Positions 28,938 through 37,278 of a stretch of 64,000 nt of DNA are shown here, one piece after another (the first letter of the stretch is position 1; each line of letters opens with the position of its first letter). The stretch comes from Clostridiales bacterium Firm_13 (GTDB lineage Bacteria > Bacillota > Clostridia > Saccharofermentanales > Saccharofermentanaceae), in the NCBI GenBank assembly GCA_001603035.1, contig LVAS01000063.1, positions 260,506-324,505 on the forward strand, given 5' to 3'. A program made the translations under genes and the position numbers. Under the pieces are notes generated by a model, which was not told the origin of the DNA, did not search any database, and saw only the letters and a list, made by a program, of their open reading frames with translations.

Positions 28938-29045
28938 ACAAAAAAGCCTTCGGACATGAATCCTGAAGGCGTAAAAACATGCAAATCCCCCAAATAAATG
29001 GGAAACGCTATCGTATCACCCTTCAGGACCTCTCTGGATCCCAAT
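28938..29045 (-). promoter_or_regulatory. PyrR-binding transcription attenuator
   Basis: Minus strand has GGATCCAGAGAGGTCCTGAAGG (the UCCAGAGAGG PyrR-binding loop, 29030-29040). It is followed by terminator GCCTTCAGGATTCATGTCCGAAGGCTTTTTT (28938-28970). Confidence 0.7.
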
Positions 29046-29068
29046 TAAAAGGTTCGTTGTTGGGAGAA

Positions 29069-29097
29069 TCATAATCCATTCGTTGACACTTTTCAAG
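29069..29097 (-). promoter_or_regulatory. Candidate pyr operon promoter
   Basis: Minus strand reads TTGAAA-17 nt-TATGAT, just upstream of the attenuator. Confidence 0.45.
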
Positions 29098-29113
29098 ATG
29101 CTGTGGTAATATT
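29084..29113 (+). promoter_or_regulatory. Candidate promoter of tRNA-Leu(CAA)
   Basis: TTGACA-18 nt-TAATAT. It interdigitates with the divergent pyr promoter. Confidence 0.45.
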
Positions 29114-29164
29114 TCAGAAGAATTTTCGAGCGCGGCCATAATGCCTTTGCACGAATATCCTCAC

Positions 29165-29250
29165 GCCGGCGTGTCGGAATGGCAGACGATGCGGACTCAA
29201 AATCCGTTGACGGCAACGTCGTGTGGGTTCGAGTCCCACCGCCGGCACCA
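29165..29250 (+). tRNA. tRNA-Leu (anticodon CAA)
   Basis: GCCGGCGTGTCGGAATGGCAGAC...GGACTCAAAATCC...GGGTTCGAGTCCCACCGCCGGCACCA. It has a long variable arm, an encoded CCA and anticodon loop CTCAAAA. Confidence 0.9.
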
Positions 29251-29263
29251 ACGAATTTGAATA

Positions 29264-29294
29264 GAATCGCCTTCCGGGCGGTTCTTTTTATTTT
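29264..29294 (+). terminator. Terminator after tRNA-Leu(CAA)
   Basis: GAATCGCC-TTCCG-GGCGGTTC followed by TTTTTATTTT. Confidence 0.7.
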
Positions 29295-29309
29295 AGGCAT
29301 CGTCGCAGG

Positions 29310-29984
29310 TTAGCTTCGCGATTGGAATCGATCTGCCATAATGACGATCATGGCGATAAGAAGAATGCCCGCAGGAAATAAAACGGCTTGCATCCGAAAG
29401 GTCCGCGTCAAAAATGCGCCGACGCCGGCACCTGACAAGAAGCAGCCGATAACGGCGTAATAGAGTAAACTCGTGCGTAGAATTCGCTTTTCCCTGCTCT
29501 GCGAATAGGCATAGAGATGTTCTGTCGCCATCCGAAGATTCCCGGTACACATCGTAGTTGTGAATGGATTCCCGCGCACCTTTCGGAAACTCTGCACTTG
29601 AAGCGAACTGACAAAGGAAATCGCAGCATTTACAAAGGGGTTTCCCGACTCCGGAACAAACGCGGCGATCACTAAGGTCGCAATCTCTATCCCGAGAATA
29701 ATTTGGCGCCAGTGTAATTTCTTCGCTTCCAAAAAGTACTTCTTGACCGTCTCTGCTACCAATATTCCCATTATAAAAGAGAGAATCGGAACGAGATAAT
29801 GGACGGCTTCTCCCAGACGTCCGTCCAGAAGGTGAATTCCGAGAAGAACGATATTGCCGGTTTGCGCATTTGCAAATACCTCACATCTAGCCACATACGT
29901 GTAGGCATCAAGAAACCCGCCCGCGAACGCAAGTAAGAAGGCAATTTGAACGGATTCAGAAATATGATATTTATTTTCCTGCAA
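29310..29984 (-). CDS. YoaK-family (DUF1275) membrane protein
   Basis: The multi-pass protein has FAGGFLDAYTYV...FANAQTGNIVLLG, typical of DUF1275. Confidence 0.7.
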   Translation of the reverse strand: MQENKYHISESVQIAFLLAFAGGFLDAYTYVARCEVFANAQTGNIVLLGIHLLDGRLGEAVHYLVPILSFIMGILVAETVKKYFLEAKKLHWRQIILGIEIATLVIAAFVPESGNPFVNAAISFVSSLQVQSFRKVRGNPFTTTMCTGNLRMATEHLYAYSQSREKRILRTSLLYYAVIGCFLSGAGVGAFLTRTFRMQAVLFPAGILLIAMIVIMADRFQSRS

Positions 29985-30025
29985 GGAATTCCTCCTATCC
30001 GTATCCGCATCAGCGACCCACTTAA

Positions 30026-30054
30026 ATTATAGACAACGGTTCTTCGTCATTCAA
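30026..30054 (-). promoter_or_regulatory. Promoter of the yoaK-like gene
   Basis: Minus strand reads TTGAAT-17 nt-TATAAT. Confidence 0.5.
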
Positions 30055-30061
30055 TGCAGTA

Positions 30062-30096
30062 CAAAAAATAAGAGCACCCATTGGATGGATGCTCTT
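30062..30096 (-). terminator. Terminator after the tRNA pair
   Basis: Minus strand reads AAGAGCATCCATCCAATGGGTGCTCTT followed by ATTTTTTGT. Confidence 0.65.
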
Positions 30097-30099
30097 ATT

Positions 30100-30184
30100 T
30101 GGTGGGAGGAGGTGGATTCGAACCACCGAAGTCAGTGACGACAGATTTACAGTCTGTTCCCTTTGGCCGCTCGGGAATCCTCCC
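30100..30184 (-). tRNA. tRNA-Tyr (anticodon GUA)
   Basis: Reverse complement is GGGAGGATTCCCGAGCGGCCAAAGGGAACAGACTGTAAATCTG...GGTTCGAATCCACCTCCTCCCACCA. It has a long variable arm and encoded CCA. Confidence 0.9.
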
Positions 30185-30209
30185 ATATATAAAAAAGATA
30201 AGGTGCGTG

Positions 30210-30286
30210 TGGTGGGCCTTCAGGGACTCGAACCCGGGACCGACCGGTTATGAGCCGGTTGCTCTAACCAACTGAGCTAAAGGCCC
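30210..30286 (-). tRNA. tRNA with CAU anticodon (elongator Met or lysidine-modified Ile2; not an initiator)
   Basis: Reverse complement is GGGCCTTTAGCTCAGTTGGTTAGAGCAACCGGCTCATAACCGGTCGGTCCCGGGTTCGAGTCCCTGAAGGCCCACCA. A paired 1-72 and no GGG/CCC anticodon stem argue against an initiator. Confidence 0.85.
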
Positions 30287-30336
30287 ATATCGCGAACTGG
30301 ATCAAACACAGGGCCGGATTCAGAAGCGCAAGTAGG

Positions 30337-30365
30337 ATTATATACATAAGTTCGTTGAGCGTCAA
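30337..30365 (-). promoter_or_regulatory. Promoter of the tRNA(CAU)-tRNA-Tyr pair
   Basis: Minus strand reads TTGACG-17 nt-TATAAT, about 50 nt upstream of the tRNA. Confidence 0.5.
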
Positions 30366-30475
30366 GAGCGTTTTGGGGTTTGTTGTAAGGTTCCTTGTCA
30401 TTCCTCAGATTCACTGTCGTTTGTAGAGATAAGGGCACAATGGCTCCCGAAAAATGACGAGAGCCATTGTGTCTC

Positions 30476-31126
30476 TTATGCGCATACGCTAAGTTTCTCT
30501 AGGAAGGACTGACTGAGAGATTGTAGAATCAGGTGACAGGATGTCGCGCCGGCATCATACGTGCCACGGGAGCGTTCACCGAGCCTGCTCGCACGTCCGA
30601 TCATAGCAACCATATCTTTGGTATTTTCCCATCCTTCATCCGCTGCCTTCTGTAATGCGCGTAAACAGGTCTCAAAGTCACTGCCTTTATTCGCTTCAAC
30701 GCGATATGCCTCACAGGCCGGGACAAGACAATCCATCAGAGACTTGTCGCCGACTTTCGCTGTACTCAGCGATTGGATCCCGGCAAGTCCCGCTTCAATC
30801 ATCCGTCCGAAGTCTTCTCTCGTAAACGTCTCAACCGAAGCGATTGATTCGCTCATTTCGCCGAAAAAAGTACCGTATAAAGGTCCCATTGAGCCGCCGA
30901 TATCCATTAAAAGTACGTCGCCCAGGACAGATAATCCCTCACTGAATGATTCTACTTTGTCGGTACGGATTCTCTCCCCCGCCATCGTAAAACCTTTATT
31001 CATATTGATTCCGTGATCTCCGTCGCCGATCGCGCCGTCGATTTCTCCGAGATAGTCCTTATTCTTTTGGATTACATCGACGAGTCGTAGTACGATATCA
31101 ACAGAATCCCGATTATTCACTGGCAT
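30476..31126 (-). CDS. dhaL: Dihydroxyacetone kinase, ADP-binding subunit DhaL
   Basis: The DGAIGDGDHGINM signature, immediately downstream of dhaK. Confidence 0.85.
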   Translation of the reverse strand: MPVNNRDSVDIVLRLVDVIQKNKDYLGEIDGAIGDGDHGINMNKGFTMAGERIRTDKVESFSEGLSVLGDVLLMDIGGSMGPLYGTFFGEMSESIASVETFTREDFGRMIEAGLAGIQSLSTAKVGDKSLMDCLVPACEAYRVEANKGSDFETCLRALQKAADEGWENTKDMVAMIGRASRLGERSRGTYDAGATSCHLILQSLSQSFLEKLSVCA

Positions 31127-31145
31127 ATGAATCCCCTTTCTACAT

Positions 31146-32144
31146 TCAGAATTGCGTAAGTCCCATTGTCTCGGCCGGCGCGTCGATATATTCTTTCAAC
31201 TCGTCGTCCAACTTAAGAAGTGTCAGTGTCACACCCATCATCTCTAATGAGGTGAAATAATTGCCTACGTAAGAGCGGTGAATCTCGATTCCGTTTTCGT
31301 CCAGAATTTCCGCGATTTTGTTAAAAAGAATATACTGCTCCATGACCGGCGTCGCACCGAGTCCGGATACCAGGACAACAACTTTATCACCCGAAGAAAA
31401 AGGAAGATCCGGTAACAGAAGATCCAACATAATCTTCGCCATTTCATCGGCAGAGCAAAGCTTCTCGACTCGAACGCCCGGTTCTCCGTGATGTCCGATT
31501 CCGACCTCCATTGTCCCTTCTTCAATATGGAAATTCGGCTTGCCGACTGCGGGAATCGTACAGGATGAAAGGCCGATTCCGACGCTTCTTGTATTGTCGA
31601 TCGTCCTTTGCGCCACTTCAATGACCTGATCAAGTCCGGCTCCGCGCGCCGCTGCCGCCCCGGCTGTTTTCCACATAAGGATCTCACCGGCGACTCCTCT
31701 TCTCTTCTCTCGGTCCGACTTCGGGGCAGACGCGACATCGTCATTTGCGACAACAACCCGTACCGTTCGATTCTCTTTGGCTGCCGCTTTCTGCGCGAGT
31801 TTTACATTCATATTGTCACCGGCGTAATTGCCGTATAGGCATGCGATCCCGGCTCCGCCGTCCGCCGCTCGAAAAGCATCAAGAAAAGATTTGGCTGTCG
31901 GAGATGAAAATATCTCGCCCGCGGCAACGGCATCCAGCATGTTCTTGCCGACATATCCGATAAAGGCGGGCTTATGCCCGGATCCGCCGCCGGTAACAAT
32001 ACCGACTTTACCGGCAATCGGAGCCTCTTTTGCCTTTATCACACGAGGATTTTCGGTAACCTCAAGAATACGGCTGTGATTTCTTACAAATCCTTTCAGC
32101 ATGTCCTCAACGACAAGGGAAGGGTCATTAATGATTCTCTGCAT
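31146..32144 (-). CDS. dhaK: Dihydroxyacetone/glyceraldehyde kinase, substrate-binding subunit DhaK
   Basis: The GIVTGGGSGHKPAF motif and an overall DhaK-like sequence. GGAGGA RBS. Confidence 0.85.
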   Translation of the reverse strand: MQRIINDPSLVVEDMLKGFVRNHSRILEVTENPRVIKAKEAPIAGKVGIVTGGGSGHKPAFIGYVGKNMLDAVAAGEIFSSPTAKSFLDAFRAADGGAGIACLYGNYAGDNMNVKLAQKAAAKENRTVRVVVANDDVASAPKSDREKRRGVAGEILMWKTAGAAAARGAGLDQVIEVAQRTIDNTRSVGIGLSSCTIPAVGKPNFHIEEGTMEVGIGHHGEPGVRVEKLCSADEMAKIMLDLLLPDLPFSSGDKVVVLVSGLGATPVMEQYILFNKIAEILDENGIEIHRSYVGNYFTSLEMMGVTLTLLKLDDELKEYIDAPAETMGLTQF

Positions 32145-32161
32145 GAGTCATCCTCCGTCTT

Positions 32162-32620
32162 TTACGAGCATGTAAACGTTTTGTGTTCATATTCCGTAAT
32201 CCGATCGATCTTTTCCGTGGAAGGACCGTCAATATAGTTAAGAGTCAACCATTCTTCCACCATGCTTTTCGCCGTTTCCGGCCCGATTACACGACTGCCC
32301 ATACACATGATTTGGCAATTATTGCTCAGAACCGAACGCCTGGTCGAGTAGATGTCGTGGCAGACCGCCGCACGAATTGAATCGACTTTATTTGCGGATA
32401 TACTCATTCCGATTCCCGTTCCGCAGATAAGAATACCGCGTTCACACTCTCCTCTTTGGATACACGTAGCAACGGCAAAGCCGATATCCGGATACAGAAC
32501 TTTCGTTTCGGCATCGTAAGTGCCGAAATCCCTGACTTCATGGCCCTTACTCTCGATTAATTGGCGAATGATTTCCTTCAGCTGAAAAGCCGCTTCATCA
32601 CATCCGATTGCGATTCTCAT
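32162..32620 (-). CDS. rpiB: RpiB/LacA/LacB-family sugar-phosphate isomerase
   Basis: MRIAIGCDEAAF...ILICGTGIGMSISANKV is the canonical RpiB signature. Confidence 0.85.
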   Translation of the reverse strand: MRIAIGCDEAAFQLKEIIRQLIESKGHEVRDFGTYDAETKVLYPDIGFAVATCIQRGECERGILICGTGIGMSISANKVDSIRAAVCHDIYSTRRSVLSNNCQIMCMGSRVIGPETAKSMVEEWLTLNYIDGPSTEKIDRITEYEHKTFTCS

Positions 32621-32636
32621 AGTATTTCCCTCGATG

Positions 32637-33494
32637 TCAATAATTTGCGGATAGTTCCTTTAAGTTCTTCAGTCCTTGAATCGCAAGATCTTCTCCCGAA
32701 TCGGCAAGTTTCCTCCAAATCGCGCAATTGGCAACTAATTCTTCGAAACTCGGATCAAATGACTCAATTACGAGAGGACCTTGATATCCGATTTCAGACA
32801 ATGCGCTGAATACATCATTCCATCTAACAAGTCCGGTCCCCGGAATCCCACGGTTATTCTCATTAACATGAACATAGCCGAGATACTCTTTCCCACAGGT
32901 AAGTATCGCGTCAGAAAAGCCGGTTTCTTCCATGTTCATGTGAAAACAATCCAAGTGAACCTTTATGTTTTTTTCGCCGATCGCTTTACATAATGAAACT
33001 CCGTCGGAAGCCACATTCAAAAAATGGGTCTCAAATCGGTTGATACACTCAACCGCAATCACAAGCTCCGGATCTTTGGCGGCTGCGTATCGGCAAACCT
33101 CGCGTAATCCGTCGACGGAGTATCCCCATTCAATTTCCGTTCTCGGTTTGCCGGTAAGATATCCCCAACCGGCGTAGTTCACACCGCCCGTAATCTTGGC
33201 ACCGATCGCGACACTGATGTCGACAATTTGCTTCATATGCGCTATCGCTGCGGCGCGAACAGAAGAATCAGGCGATATCATATTTGTTTCTTTGGAAAGT
33301 GTCGTTGTTGTAACGGGCCGAATGCCTGTCTCCTTTAATTTGCAGATAACATCTGTAACCGGAAATTGCTCAGGATGAGATATTGCAAAATCCATGTACT
33401 CAAAACCGATTTCCTTTGCCTTATCGATAATCCACAGATCCTTCTCCGTGAAATTCTCAGTCCAGATAAATGTGTCAACGCCAAAATGAAACAT
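32637..33494 (-). CDS. Ketose 3-epimerase (D-psicose/D-tagatose 3-epimerase family, xylose-isomerase-like TIM barrel)
   Basis: VECINRFETHFLN...KVHLDCFHMNMEE...YVHVNENNRGIPGTG...LVIESF reproduces the E-D-H-E metal-ligand blocks of the DTEase/DPEase family. Start trimmed to the ATG at 33494 behind GGGAGGAAAA. Confidence 0.7.
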   Translation of the reverse strand: MFHFGVDTFIWTENFTEKDLWIIDKAKEIGFEYMDFAISHPEQFPVTDVICKLKETGIRPVTTTTLSKETNMISPDSSVRAAAIAHMKQIVDISVAIGAKITGGVNYAGWGYLTGKPRTEIEWGYSVDGLREVCRYAAAKDPELVIAVECINRFETHFLNVASDGVSLCKAIGEKNIKVHLDCFHMNMEETGFSDAILTCGKEYLGYVHVNENNRGIPGTGLVRWNDVFSALSEIGYQGPLVIESFDPSFEELVANCAIWRKLADSGEDLAIQGLKNLKELSANY

Positions 33495-33616
33495 CCATTT
33501 TCCTCCCGTCTTATGTCTGAAAAAGCATGACAAGAACACCCAAAGCGATTTGGGCAATGAAGAATGCGGCGAATGAATCCCCGAATCATTCGCCGCCCTC
33601 CCCCTTTTACTTTCCG

Positions 33617-34486
33617 TTATAAGGAGTAATACTTAACCTTATCCGCATCATTGAACAGGTCAATCTTGTGGTCAATTACTTCTTTCATAGCGGCAAGTCC
33701 TTCAAGATAGAGTTCAAACGGCTCACGAAGGTGAACATCGTTATTCAGCGTAACGCGCAACTGTTGATAGAGCGCCTGCTTAATGTCAGAAGAAATATTA
33801 ATCTTATTGATGCCGAGCTTAACACTCTCCGCGATTTCAAGATCCGGATTCGCAGATCCGCCGTGAAGAACCAGAGGGACTTGAACAGCACTCTTAATTT
33901 CTTTAAGAAGATCCAACTTCAATTCCGGCTTAAAATCTTTGGGATAAATACCGTGTGCCGTTCCGATCGCAATGGCAAGCGAATCCACTCCGGTCTTCTC
34001 GACAAACTCAACTGCGTCGGAGGGAACCGTGTAAATAATTTCGTTCGTACCGCCTTCAAAATTGTAGGCCGTTGTTCCGATTGTACCGAGTTCACCTTCG
34101 ACAGAAATACCGAGAGGATGGCAAAGATCAACAATCTTCTTTGTCGCGGCAATGTTCTCTGAAAAAGGAAAATGGGATGCGTCAATCATGATCGATGTAA
34201 AGCCGGTGCGAATTGCCAACATGATGTCTTCAAAATCGCTGCCGTGGTCAAGGTGAATCGCCATAGGTACGGATGAAGCATTCGCCGCGCTGATAACCTG
34301 AGCCATAAAGGCGTCTCCCTGAAAATGTAATTCACTTGGGTGAATCGCAAGAATCACAGGGGCCTTCTTCTCTTCGCATGCCTCGATGACCGTCTTTAAA
34401 ATCTGTCCTGTTCCGATATTAAATGCGGGAACCGCGAAGAAATGTTTGTTGGCGACTGCCAACAGGTCCTTGGTATTCATCAACAT
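33617..34486 (-). CDS. Class II ketose-bisphosphate aldolase (FBA / tagatose-bisphosphate aldolase family)
   Basis: AVPAFNI, IHLDHG, MIDASH and the SVEGELG motif set. Start trimmed to the ATG at 34486 behind CAGGAGG. Confidence 0.8.
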   Translation of the reverse strand: MLMNTKDLLAVANKHFFAVPAFNIGTGQILKTVIEACEEKKAPVILAIHPSELHFQGDAFMAQVISAANASSVPMAIHLDHGSDFEDIMLAIRTGFTSIMIDASHFPFSENIAATKKIVDLCHPLGISVEGELGTIGTTAYNFEGGTNEIIYTVPSDAVEFVEKTGVDSLAIAIGTAHGIYPKDFKPELKLDLLKEIKSAVQVPLVLHGGSANPDLEIAESVKLGINKINISSDIKQALYQQLRVTLNNDVHLREPFELYLEGLAAMKEVIDHKIDLFNDADKVKYYSL

Positions 34487-34513
34487 AATTGAGCCTCCTG
34501 AAGTGCGATAAAT

Positions 34514-34529
34514 CAAGCGAATTCGCTTG
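34514..34529. promoter_or_regulatory. Perfect 16-bp palindrome; candidate operator or 5'-UTR hairpin of the aldolase operon
   Basis: CAAGCGAATTCGCTTG lies between the predicted -10 (34537-34542) and the aldolase RBS. Confidence 0.35.
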
Positions 34530-34536
34530 TGTAATA

Positions 34537-34565
34537 ATCTTACATCTGTGACGGTTTGTTGTCAA
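34537..34565 (-). promoter_or_regulatory. Candidate promoter of the aldolase-epimerase-rpiB-dhaKL operon
   Basis: Minus strand reads TTGACA-17 nt-TAAGAT. Confidence 0.45.
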
Positions 34566-34737
34566 TACTGCGCGGCATTTTGTCGGTGCAAAAGTTGTTT
34601 TCACTATTTTGAATCTGATTTCCTTATATATAATGTCATTTCCGCTTCTTTGATGATATAATTTAGTTGATCGCGGCATGAAATTTTATTACATTTGCGA
34701 TCATGTCCGACATCTTAGAATTACAGGAGGAAAGAAT

Positions 34738-35937
34738 ATGTCCAATCGCAACAAACGAGAAATTTTAGCAAAAGGCGGCGGCGTCCTTCACCTGGCACCG
34801 ACCTGGGTACCCAGAAGTTTTAACGAACCGGGGCACCGCCTCCGCCTCCACCCGGATGATTACTTCGCGTTCGGAATGGATCGAGGCGGCATCTGCGAAC
34901 GTTGGTTAGGATCGGTAACTGTCGCGCTAAACGGCCCGAAGACAGGTCCCACGGAAGGCATGAGTTTTGTCCTCGATCCGGACAGCGGCGAAAAGATCTT
35001 GTTATCTGAATTCATCGACGAATTGGGCGCGGAAATTATCGGCGATCATCTCAAAGACAAATACGGCACATGGCCGACGTTTGCCAAGCTTTATGACTAT
35101 GATCGCCCTCTTTTCCACCACTTGCACCTCACCGAAGCAAATGCGCTGCGCATCGGCAAGCACGGGAAACCGGAGGCGTATTATTTCCCGAGACAGTATA
35201 ACCCGACACTCGGAAGGTTCCCCGTAACCTATTTCGGATTTGATCCTTCCACCGACCCCGAGGATATCAAAGAATGTATCCGCAACTATGCCAAAGCCGA
35301 TAATCGGATCACCGATTATTCTCGCGGTTATAGAATTCAACTCGGAACCGGATGGTATACTCCTGCAGGTGTCATTCACGCCCCCGCCTCGGTTGTAACA
35401 TACGAGCCACAGTGGAACAGCGACGTTAACACCATCATGGAAAATGTCACGATGGGCGAAGTAAACGGAGACAATCTTTTAAATGATTGCGTTCCGGAAA
35501 ACGAGAAAAACAACGTCGATGCTCTTTTCGCGCAAATCGATTGGAACGAGAGTACTCGATCCGATTATCGCGCGAAGTATTTCCGAAAACCCAAAAAGCT
35601 CGCAACGTCGCAAGAAGGGTTATCCGAAGCCTGGGTTGCTTACGCCAACGAATGGATCGCGGCAAAAGAAGTAACCGTCGCCCCCGGCGCGGATGTCACT
35701 TTGACAGACAAGGCATGCTATTGCGCACTCGTAGTCGAAGGACACGGTTCCATCGGAGCTTTTGCTTGCGAGGCTCCGGGCCTTCTGCGTTACGGTCAGA
35801 ATTCCGGTGATGAGTTCTTTGTATCCGAAGCCGCCGCAGGAAAAGGAATCCGGATCCGAAACAACAGTGAATACGAAGACCTTGTCATTCTACAGAACTT
35901 CGCAAATAACAATCCCGAGGTTCCGAACGAAGTATAA
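34738..35937 (+). CDS. Type I phosphomannose-isomerase-like cupin protein (putative sugar or sugar-phosphate isomerase)
   Basis: ERWLGS, FAKLYDYDRPLFHHLHL, GKPEAYYF and YTPAGVIHAP blocks follow the order of class I PMI blocks (E.W.GS; K.Ld...pLSiQvHP; KpE; PaG..HA). Start trimmed to the ATG at 34738 behind AGGAGGAAA. The assignment is tentative. Confidence 0.4.
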   Translation: MSNRNKREILAKGGGVLHLAPTWVPRSFNEPGHRLRLHPDDYFAFGMDRGGICERWLGSVTVALNGPKTGPTEGMSFVLDPDSGEKILLSEFIDELGAEIIGDHLKDKYGTWPTFAKLYDYDRPLFHHLHLTEANALRIGKHGKPEAYYFPRQYNPTLGRFPVTYFGFDPSTDPEDIKECIRNYAKADNRITDYSRGYRIQLGTGWYTPAGVIHAPASVVTYEPQWNSDVNTIMENVTMGEVNGDNLLNDCVPENEKNNVDALFAQIDWNESTRSDYRAKYFRKPKKLATSQEGLSEAWVAYANEWIAAKEVTVAPGADVTLTDKACYCALVVEGHGSIGAFACEAPGLLRYGQNSGDEFFVSEAAAGKGIRIRNNSEYEDLVILQNFANNNPEVPNEV

Positions 35938-35966
35938 CCTAGACACCTTCTTAAAGCCCGCAAATA

Positions 35967-36010
35967 AGAGAGAGCTCTTCCCCGTTTACCGGGAAAGAGC
36001 TCTCCCTTTT
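35967..36010 (+). terminator. Terminator of the PMI-like gene
   Basis: AGAGAGCTCTTCCCCG-TTTAC-CGGGAAAGAGCTCTCC followed by CTTTTAT. Confidence 0.65.
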
Positions 36011-36168
36011 ATGCGTATCCATACCAAAGACAGCGAGCTGCTCCTAAACGCAGAAATCCCCCGTCGCCGTGTTGCACCGGCGACGGGGTTTCTGCTTCGC
36101 TTACGCGAATGCAAAACATAAATACGAGGAGGGATTTTCTGTCATTCTCTCAAAGTGTGTGAGATCAC

Positions 36169-37182
36169 TTAAGAAGCAAGATACTTATCAACATTGTCTT
36201 TGGTGACAAGAACAAAGTCGATCATTGTGCTCTTCGGCACTTCCTTGCCGTTGAAGTAATCAACCATGAGGTCGATCGCCTTCGTTACCTGTCCAGCGCC
36301 GTCCTGATAGACTGTGGCGAGGAGCTGGCCGTTCTTAACCATCGTGAGAGGTCCTACGTTTCCGTCAACACCGATGCAGACGATGTCAGATCTTCCGGCT
36401 GCATTCATCGCGGTCTGCACAGCAGATGACATATCATCATTATCACAGATGACCGCGTTGAGCTTATCGCCGTACTTAGTAAGCCAATCCTCAGCGAACT
36501 TAACAGCCTTTTCAGCCTGCCATTCCGCAGTCTGCTCTGCTCCGTCAAGAAGCGTCCAGTTGGAATCTTTGTCGAGAATGTTGTGGAGGCCTTCGCCGCG
36601 CTGAATCTGAGCAGAATTACCGATGATACCCTGAAGGTGAGCGTATCCGCCGCCGGCAGGAATCTGGGACTGAACGAATTCGGCCATCATTTCACCGGCC
36701 TGCACATCGTCAGATCCGACATACGCAGTCGCCTTTTCAGCGGTGCTGTCCGTCATGGAATTGACAACGAAGCAAGGGATATTCTTCTCGGCGCACTGAG
36801 TTACGACAGGATCACTGCCTGCAGACTCGGCGGGGAGAATAATGATCGCATTGCAGCCCATGTTGAGTGCGTCCTGAAGCAGGTTGACCTGAGTAACCGG
36901 ATCGGTCAGTCCGTCAAGCAGATGCCACTCTTTGATGGTGCCGTCTTTGACAAGTCCATCGAGCTTCTCCTGAGCGGCTTTGTTCACCGTAGCATGGAAA
37001 GCGTCAACCGTGTTCTTGGCAATGTAGCCGACAATGATGTCCTTTTTGGCGGTTGTCGTCTCTCCGGCCGCGGCAGTTGTGCCCGCAGGAGCGGTCGTGG
37101 TGGTGGCTGTTGTTCCGGATGAGCATGCGACAAGACCCATTGTCATGCAAATCAGGAGCAGGATTGCAAGTGTCTTTTTCAT
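36169..37182 (-). CDS. Monosaccharide ABC transporter substrate-binding lipoprotein (RbsB/AlsB-like, PBP type 1)
   Basis: Lipobox LVACSS, a Thr/Ala-rich linker and a periplasmic-binding-protein type 1 pattern. Start trimmed to the ATG at 37182 behind AAAGGAGGAAG. Confidence 0.8.
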   Translation of the reverse strand: MKKTLAILLLICMTMGLVACSSGTTATTTTAPAGTTAAAGETTTAKKDIIVGYIAKNTVDAFHATVNKAAQEKLDGLVKDGTIKEWHLLDGLTDPVTQVNLLQDALNMGCNAIIILPAESAGSDPVVTQCAEKNIPCFVVNSMTDSTAEKATAYVGSDDVQAGEMMAEFVQSQIPAGGGYAHLQGIIGNSAQIQRGEGLHNILDKDSNWTLLDGAEQTAEWQAEKAVKFAEDWLTKYGDKLNAVICDNDDMSSAVQTAMNAAGRSDIVCIGVDGNVGPLTMVKNGQLLATVYQDGAGQVTKAIDLMVDYFNGKEVPKSTMIDFVLVTKDNVDKYLAS

Positions 37183-37278
37183 GGTTCTTCCTCCTTTTAA
37201 TATCCTTATCTGCACGTTCTTGTGCAGAGAAGTTCTGGTTAATAATTGCGGATAATACCTCTCCGCCGAAAACAAGAA

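Noticed and set aside
29016-29300. A 94-aa minus-strand ORF, and likewise the 64-aa plus-strand ORF at 30081-30275.
   Set aside because: Both lie directly over tRNA genes (Leu-CAA; Tyr and CAU) and their terminators, so they are artefacts of open frames across structured RNA genes.
34617-34643. AT-rich segment GATTTCCTTATATATAATGTCATTTCC, which loosely resembles a Firmicute dif site (ACTTCCTAGAATATATATTATGTAAACT).
   Set aside because: Alignment needs a 4-nt gap, and the right arm (ATGTCATTTC against TTATGTAAACT) is poor. The location in a divergent promoter region makes a -10/UP-like element the simpler reading.
36051-36094. Strong GC hairpin CAGAAATCCCCGTCGCCG...CGGCGACGGGGTTTCTG downstream of the SBP gene, considered as a terminator.
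   Set aside because: There is no U-tract on either strand, and it is 75 nt from the SBP stop codon. It may still act as a transcript-stabilising 3' structure, but I cannot call it a terminator.
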